A stretch of DNA of 32,000 bases, taken from Acaryochloris marina MBIC11017. GTDB taxonomy: Bacteria; Cyanobacteriota; Cyanobacteriia; Thermosynechococcales; Thermosynechococcaceae. Below are positions 27,248 through 32,000 of this stretch, one piece after another. The stretch covers positions 1,920,001 through 1,952,000 of the forward strand of contig NC_009925.1 of the NCBI RefSeq assembly GCF_000018105.1, in the 5' to 3' direction. Every line of letters starts with the position of its first letter. Positions within the stretch are counted from its first letter, which is position 1. The notes beneath the pieces were generated by a model. The model was not told where the DNA came from. It was given only the letters and a program-made list of their open reading frames with translations, and did no database searches. The position numbers were made by a program, and so were the translations under genes.

Positions 27248-27853
27248 TCAGTTATTCTGTTGCAGTTTTTGGAGGATGCGCAGAAGTAGAGGAATCCCGA
27301 CCAGCGCAGACGCGATTAACGCCAATAGAATTTTTGCCAGATTTGCCGCTAATATTCCTTGATAGAGATACCAGAGTACACCCATCAACACGATGGCCCT
27401 GAGGATCAAACTTTGGGGCGAATACTTGATACTGCCTTTTTGCTTGGTTAATGGCAGTACGGATTGAGTTTCCCAAGCGCGATTTTTATTCAGCCCAAAT
27501 TGGTAATGGTCTCCTGCCACTGTAGAAATCTTGAGAACATATCCCCCCGTTAGGCTCAGCAATACGGCTTCACTCACCGTTGCCAGAGGAATCTCCCAAT
27601 CCCCACAGAATAGACATGTTTCTGTCAGAATCAGCATGCCGCGCCTAGACGCGACCCATCCCAGCTCATACTGAACCGGGGCATCGGCCTCCATCTTTCT
27701 GGCTTTCGTCACACCTGCAGCGAGAATCTGAACATCATGATGTTGATTTTGGAAGGTCTGTAAGCGCAACGGAACCAGGTAAAACACGTAACACGTCGCA
27801 CGGCTAAACCCAATCAATACTTGTTCCAGCCAATCAGTAAGATAGGAAAGCAT
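27248..27853 (-). CDS. Hypothetical membrane protein
   Basis: 201 aa with an ATG start. It has an N-terminal hydrophobic segment, a soluble middle part ('GWVASRRGMLILTETCLFCGDWEIPLATVSEAVLL', possibly PH/GRAM-like, unverified) and two C-terminal transmembrane segments. It lies 61 bp upstream of, and co-oriented with, the disrupted gene. Confidence 0.5.
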   Translation of the reverse strand: MLSYLTDWLEQVLIGFSRATCYVFYLVPLRLQTFQNQHHDVQILAAGVTKARKMEADAPVQYELGWVASRRGMLILTETCLFCGDWEIPLATVSEAVLLSLTGGYVLKISTVAGDHYQFGLNKNRAWETQSVLPLTKQKGSIKYSPQSLILRAIVLMGVLWYLYQGILAANLAKILLALIASALVGIPLLLRILQKLQQNN

Positions 27854-27994
27854 GGGCAGATTGTTAAAATTCTATCAATCCCGATTTAGGAATGATACTG
27901 CCATCTAGATACAACCCCCTATCCTTCAGCATTTGCTCCCTCTGAGTGAACTAAATATTCCCCAGTATTGATTGCTCTTTTGTCCAATCTGTTT

Positions 27995-28831
27995 ATGACC
28001 GCCACTCAACTCCACCCCTCCAAACAACTGAAAAAGCTACAAGCTCGCCTCAGAGGGCTAGTGGGCAAGGCCATTCGTGACTACAACCTGATCGAAGCTG
28101 GCGATCGGATTATGGTGTGTTTGTCCGGTGGCAAAGACTCCTACACCCTGCTGGATATTTTGTTGCATCTACAGCGGGCTGCCCCCATTGATTTTGAAAT
28201 CTTGGCCGTCAATCTCGATCAAAAACAACCCAATTTTCCAGAACAGGTTTTACCCAACTATCTAAACCAACTCCAAGTCCCTTACCGCATCGTCGAAGAA
28301 GATACCTACAGTACGGTCAAACGAGTCATCCCAGAAGGCAAAACCATGTGTGGCCTTTGTTCTCGATTACGAAGAGGGATTCTCTATCGAGTTGCTCAAG
28401 AAGAACAGGCCACCAAAATTGCCCTCGGTCACCATCGAGAAGACATTATCGAAACCCTCTTTCTGAATCTGTTCCATGCTGGCAAGCTAGAAGCCATGCC
28501 CCCCAAGCTATTGAGCGACAATCGCCAGCACATGGTGATCCGTCCCCTCGCTTACTGCCCCGAAGCCGATATCCAACGCTATGCCGATTTACGGCAGTTT
28601 CCGATTATTCCCTGCACCCTATGTGGATCTCAAGAGACCTTACAACGGGTCCAAGTCAAACAAATGCTGCAAGCCTGGGAGCAAGAAACACCGGGGCGAT
28701 TAGAAACGATCTTTCGCAGTCTACAAAATATCGAATTGTCCCAGCTTGCTGATCCACAGCTGTTTGATTTCGCCCACTTGGCGATTGCTGCAACACCTTA
28801 TGCAGATTCACCCGATAGGTCGGGGCTTTAA
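27995..28831 (+). CDS. ttcA: tRNA 2-thiocytidine(32) synthetase TtcA
   Basis: It has the PP-loop '[15 protein letters not shown]' and the Fe-S cysteine motifs '[10 protein letters not shown]' and 'CTLCGSQ'. ATG is at 27995; TTG at 27968 is the alternative. Confidence 0.9.
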   Translation: MTATQLHPSKQLKKLQARLRGLVGKAIRDYNLIEAGDRIMVCLSGGKDSYTLLDILLHLQRAAPIDFEILAVNLDQKQPNFPEQVLPNYLNQLQVPYRIVEEDTYSTVKRVIPEGKTMCGLCSRLRRGILYRVAQEEQATKIALGHHREDIIETLFLNLFHAGKLEAMPPKLLSDNRQHMVIRPLAYCPEADIQRYADLRQFPIIPCTLCGSQETLQRVQVKQMLQAWEQETPGRLETIFRSLQNIELSQLADPQLFDFAHLAIAATPYADSPDRSGL

Positions 28832-30369
28832 CGAATATCGAGAATACCGTCAATCCCTTCTAAACTCAACATATCCAGGCGCTCATCGGCTTCTCCACGT
28901 TTTTCATAAGCCCCTACTTGTAAGACCGATCGGCCCTTATAGCTCGAACGAAACGCATCCGGTACTAGGGTTTTAATTCGCTTGTAATCCGCCGAGCTAT
29001 TCGCCTTAACAATCACGCGATAGCGAAGTCTGGAGCGCTCATCCAGGGGAGGCGGTGGAGGATTACCTGTTCCTGCAATAGCGGCAAGCTGTTGAGCACG
29101 ACCCGCATCCTGACTGGCTGCATAAATATCTGAAGCAGGACGATAGCGCCCCAAGGGCACAGTCTGTTGAGGGACGGGAAGAACACCATCCGAGCTGAGG
29201 GTCGGTCCTGGAATCGGTAAGTTAGGTAATGCTTTAGGAAGGGGAGCAACGGCACGACGGGGGGAAGGGACTGGAATGGGAATGGGAGCGGCAGCGCGGC
29301 GAGGAGAGGGGACTGGAATAGGAATGGGTCTAGAAAAGAATCCCTTAGACAACGGTGGTTTAGCCGCCAATCTCACCAGTTTTCGCCGTTTACTCGCTGA
29401 AGTTTTGGCAGAGGGTCTGTATCGATTCGATTGGGGTGCGGTAAGGGACGGCGGTGGTGGGCTTTCACCCGCTAACTCAGGTAATTCTGGATCGGTTTCT
29501 GGGCGAGGCAGAGCAATCGCCCCTGGCGTTTTACGGGCATGGGATGGAGGAGCAGAAGGAGCAGAACCCAGGGATTGTCCCGGCTTAGGTACGGGAATTT
29601 CAATGGGAGAGGTAATGAGATTCGTTAATTCATCCCGCTCTTGGGAGTGTTCTTGAGGCGTCGTTTTTGGGGGAGCTGCAGATGGCCGGGCTGACTCTTC
29701 TGGGGGAGGGTCTAAGGGGGGGAGACTCTCCACATCACCTGCCGGTGGGGCAGGTGGAAGTTCTTCAATCTCGATGGGAGGTACCGCATCAGAAGGGGCT
29801 TCAGCGATAGTATCTGTACTCGGCACTTCGTCACGGGTGAAATAGATATGACCCAAGGTTTTGCCGTTGTAGCTCCGCTTGGAAAACCGCCAGCCGGGTT
29901 CTAACTCAATTTTCAAAAAGCCATCGGTCAAATTTTGGGTTTGGCCTATTTTCAGCTTGGGAGCTTGGGGATTTCGAGATGGATATCCCATTAGTACGAG
30001 GTTGCCATTTTTCTTCACTACGGACAGACGATAGTCCAAGGCGTAGTCCTGCCCAGCTTGGCGAATGGAATACCCATTACTATCCGTACTCCGTCCACAG
30101 ATACCCGTGAAGTCAAACTGGAGGAGCAAAGGCTCGATAACGCCAGGCTGATCCGCTTTTTCTTCCCAGCAGGCTTGGGTCGATGAGATTTGCTCCAGAA
30201 TAATCAGGTTATATTGCTTCCCTTCTGCAAACGGAACTGCGATCGCAATAAATTTACTTTGGTCCACTTCCTCCTGACCAAAGGTATAAGCCTGGGCTGC
30301 ATGCGGAATCAACAGCCCCAGAAATAGGCTGGAGACCGAAACCGCAACCCGACTTAAATGATATTTCAT
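28828..30369 (-). CDS. Secreted DUF3747-like N-terminal domain, long Pro-rich linker and SPOR-like C-terminal domain
   Basis: 513 aa. A signal peptide ends at 'AAQA'. The cyanobacterial block '[27 protein letters not shown]...[23 protein letters not shown]' follows. The region of about 200 aa after it is P/A/S-rich and contains the repeat '[12 protein letters not shown]'. The C-terminal '[25 protein letters not shown]' is SPOR-like (tentative). Confidence 0.75.
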   Translation of the reverse strand: MKYHLSRVAVSVSSLFLGLLIPHAAQAYTFGQEEVDQSKFIAIAVPFAEGKQYNLIILEQISSTQACWEEKADQPGVIEPLLLQFDFTGICGRSTDSNGYSIRQAGQDYALDYRLSVVKKNGNLVLMGYPSRNPQAPKLKIGQTQNLTDGFLKIELEPGWRFSKRSYNGKTLGHIYFTRDEVPSTDTIAEAPSDAVPPIEIEELPPAPPAGDVESLPPLDPPPEESARPSAAPPKTTPQEHSQERDELTNLITSPIEIPVPKPGQSLGSAPSAPPSHARKTPGAIALPRPETDPELPELAGESPPPPSLTAPQSNRYRPSAKTSASKRRKLVRLAAKPPLSKGFFSRPIPIPVPSPRRAAAPIPIPVPSPRRAVAPLPKALPNLPIPGPTLSSDGVLPVPQQTVPLGRYRPASDIYAASQDAGRAQQLAAIAGTGNPPPPPLDERSRLRYRVIVKANSSADYKRIKTLVPDAFRSSYKGRSVLQVGAYEKRGEADERLDMLSLEGIDGILDIR

Positions 30370-30889
30370 GACTCCTATCCGCTTCCCAAAATGTGAGTGA
30401 TTTGCTGTTAAAGCTGGCCAAACTTTCTAGAAATTTCCATACCAAGTCTGTGAGCTGAACTCAGATTTACTCGGCTGCAAAATCCCATTCAACTCAAAAT
30501 TAAAATGGCCGGTGGTGCCAAATTTTATCCTATTTTTTACTCAAAACTAAAAGTGAAATATAAGTTAACAAATGCCTCTATTTTCTAGAGTCGAAGAGCC
30601 AGAGTTAATTGAGTATAAATAGCTATTTAAGCTCTAGGATCTGGACCCTAAATTCAGATATCGATCAAATGATTCACTTTGACCAAAATGCATTTTTTGA
30701 CACCATAAATCTTGCTATTTCTTTGCTGAGATCTTGGGCATCACACCTATAGAAATATGCAAATTAATTCTAATTTTATTTTCAAAAGATAATATAGTTG
30801 ACCAAAATTTTTTTCAGGGTTTCTCCAGGATTGGGCGAATGATCTAAACGCCCGTTCAATTCGCTCTTCAAACGGTCCATCCTGACAGT

Positions 30890-31369
30890 ATGAATAGAAA
30901 ACGCATGGCTCACCCCATTTATGCCTGGGGCTATCTCTTCGGTCTACTGATGGCCTATGGGGCTGTGGGGTGGATTTTGGCAGCTTATGCCGCCCCCCTA
31001 ATGATGTGGATGTGGACCCTTCTGCTGATTGCCTATGTTGCCTGGGCAGATACTGGTGCGATCGCAGGTGCAATGCTATGGGTCGTTTCCGTCGTGTGGA
31101 TCGCTGCATACACCACCGCAACCCCCTTACTAATGCACTGGAAAGGGCCAACTTGGGCAATCTCATTAGTAGGGGTGTGGATATTCGCCATTGGGGTTGT
31201 CCTGTTGCTGGCATTTGCTCGATCAGCAATTCAGGCGTTGGGCTGGTCTCGACAAAAGACTTTTTATCGTCTGCTGATGCTCACAGGCGCAGGCTTGATC
31301 ATCGGTCGTTTACTTTATGTGGGATCAATGCTTACTCCCCAAGCGATGGCCCTACTCTACATGACTTAG
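30890..31369 (+). CDS. Hypothetical polytopic membrane protein
   Basis: 159 aa with 4-5 strongly hydrophobic, Trp-rich segments. I prefer it to the overlapping minus-strand ORF 30747..31229, whose product is Arg/Ser/Pro-rich. Confidence 0.5.
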   Translation: MNRKRMAHPIYAWGYLFGLLMAYGAVGWILAAYAAPLMMWMWTLLLIAYVAWADTGAIAGAMLWVVSVVWIAAYTTATPLLMHWKGPTWAISLVGVWIFAIGVVLLLAFARSAIQALGWSRQKTFYRLLMLTGAGLIIGRLLYVGSMLTPQAMALLYMT

Positions 31370-31387
31370 TTACAGGAGATACCTCGG

Positions 31388-31942
31388 TTGCCTCAATCCT
31401 CATTTTCCAAAGATCGAAATCACACCACCCCCAAAGACCAGAACGCCATATCTTCAACTGATACTCCGTCACAGCCGATCTCTGGGGCTGACTATATCAA
31501 ACATATCGATCCCAGTCTTTTATCCAATTTAAATACATCCCAAGTACTGGAGATAAAGAAATTTATTAGTAAAGCCATTGCCCATGAAGTGACTCAAAAA
31601 ACAGCCCATTTAAGTATCAATCATAATCAGGCAGAAAGTCAGGATTTCACCTGCAAAAAGCGTAGATCAAAACTCATAGATATTCGCTTTGTCATTGACT
31701 TATTGTTCTCACGTTTTTACGTTGTATTAATGGTGGGCAAAGACATCCGCAAAGGCCAGCGTTCTTATCCCACATCTCGCGCAACTAAAGCAGGCAATAT
31801 GATCGCTGCTTTTATTCTAATTGTGGCGATGAACCTACTCATCTCTGCCATCTTGCTATTAGGTCTTTATTTACTCAAGTCGGCTCTAAATATTGACTTA
31901 ATGCCTGGACATTTTTCAGATCAATTAGAAATCTTAAAATAA
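31388..31942 (+). CDS. Hypothetical protein with C-terminal transmembrane segments
   Basis: 184 aa from TTG. The N-terminal half is polar. The C-terminal part has 'IDIRFVIDLLFSRFYVVLMVG' and 'MIAAFILIVAMNLLISAILLLGLYLL'. The start codon is uncertain and no family is recognised. Confidence 0.4.
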   Translation: MPQSSFSKDRNHTTPKDQNAISSTDTPSQPISGADYIKHIDPSLLSNLNTSQVLEIKKFISKAIAHEVTQKTAHLSINHNQAESQDFTCKKRRSKLIDIRFVIDLLFSRFYVVLMVGKDIRKGQRSYPTSRATKAGNMIAAFILIVAMNLLISAILLLGLYLLKSALNIDLMPGHFSDQLEILK

Positions 31943-32000
31943 TAAGGATATTAACACTCTTCTACCTCAGTTGAGTGCTTGTTTAGACTCAACCACTTGA

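Noticed and set aside
29259-29335. G-quadruplex-forming G-runs on the plus strand
   Set aside because: The G-runs are the complement of the Pro (CCN) codons of the repeat '[11 protein letters not shown]'. One inter-run loop is 8 nt, outside the canonical G3N1-7 pattern. Coding constraints explain them sufficiently.
30747-31229. 160-aa minus-strand ORF overlapping the 30890..31369 gene
   Set aside because: Its product is Arg/Ser/Pro/His-rich with no hydrophobic core or motif. The plus-strand frame encodes coherent transmembrane helices and is the more plausible gene.
1-32000. A recognisable novel multi-gene defence or secondary-metabolite system
   Set aside because: I saw no nuclease/helicase/ATPase defence combinations, CRISPR-Cas, reverse transcriptase, restriction-modification genes, or biosynthetic megasynthases. 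The unknown genes are few, small and scattered, so any 'new system' claim would be speculation beyond the individual leads listed.

Overview
This window looks like ordinary chromosome from a cyanobacterium. The octamer GCGATCGC (HIP1) occurs at least 14 times. The gene content fits too: two Tic20/Ycf60-like genes, glgC, clpC, a DUF3747-type protein and an IS701-family element. About 80% of the window is recognisable housekeeping: trmB, glgC, a PlsC-type acyltransferase, a RibD-C-type reductase, rpsF, glyA, a WecA/MraY-family transferase, cinA, aroQ, an ABC-F ATPase, rimI, clpC, a CDF transporter, an RlpA-like protein and ttcA. Three small patches look accessory. (i) 1-4.5 kb holds a sulfotransferase-fold gene, then a co-oriented antitoxin / ParE-RelE toxin / ADP-ribosylglycohydrolase string. 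An intact IS701-family insertion sequence sits beside it, next to a tRNA-Arg gene. (ii) 25.1-27.9 kb holds hypothetical genes, one of them broken by a perfect 59-bp tandem duplication; removing one copy restores a 278-codon frame. (iii) 30.4-32 kb holds a 520-bp AT-rich divergent spacer and two hypothetical membrane-protein genes. There is also a 42-codon gene (16231-16359) with its own terminator, which the >=60 aa ORF track missed. I found no CRISPR array, rRNA, integrase, reverse transcriptase or recognisable multi-gene defence system. The leads below are modest, and I cannot support a claim of a novel system from sequence alone. The best candidates are the TA+ARH cassette, the duplication-inactivated gene pair and the orphan small-protein gene.
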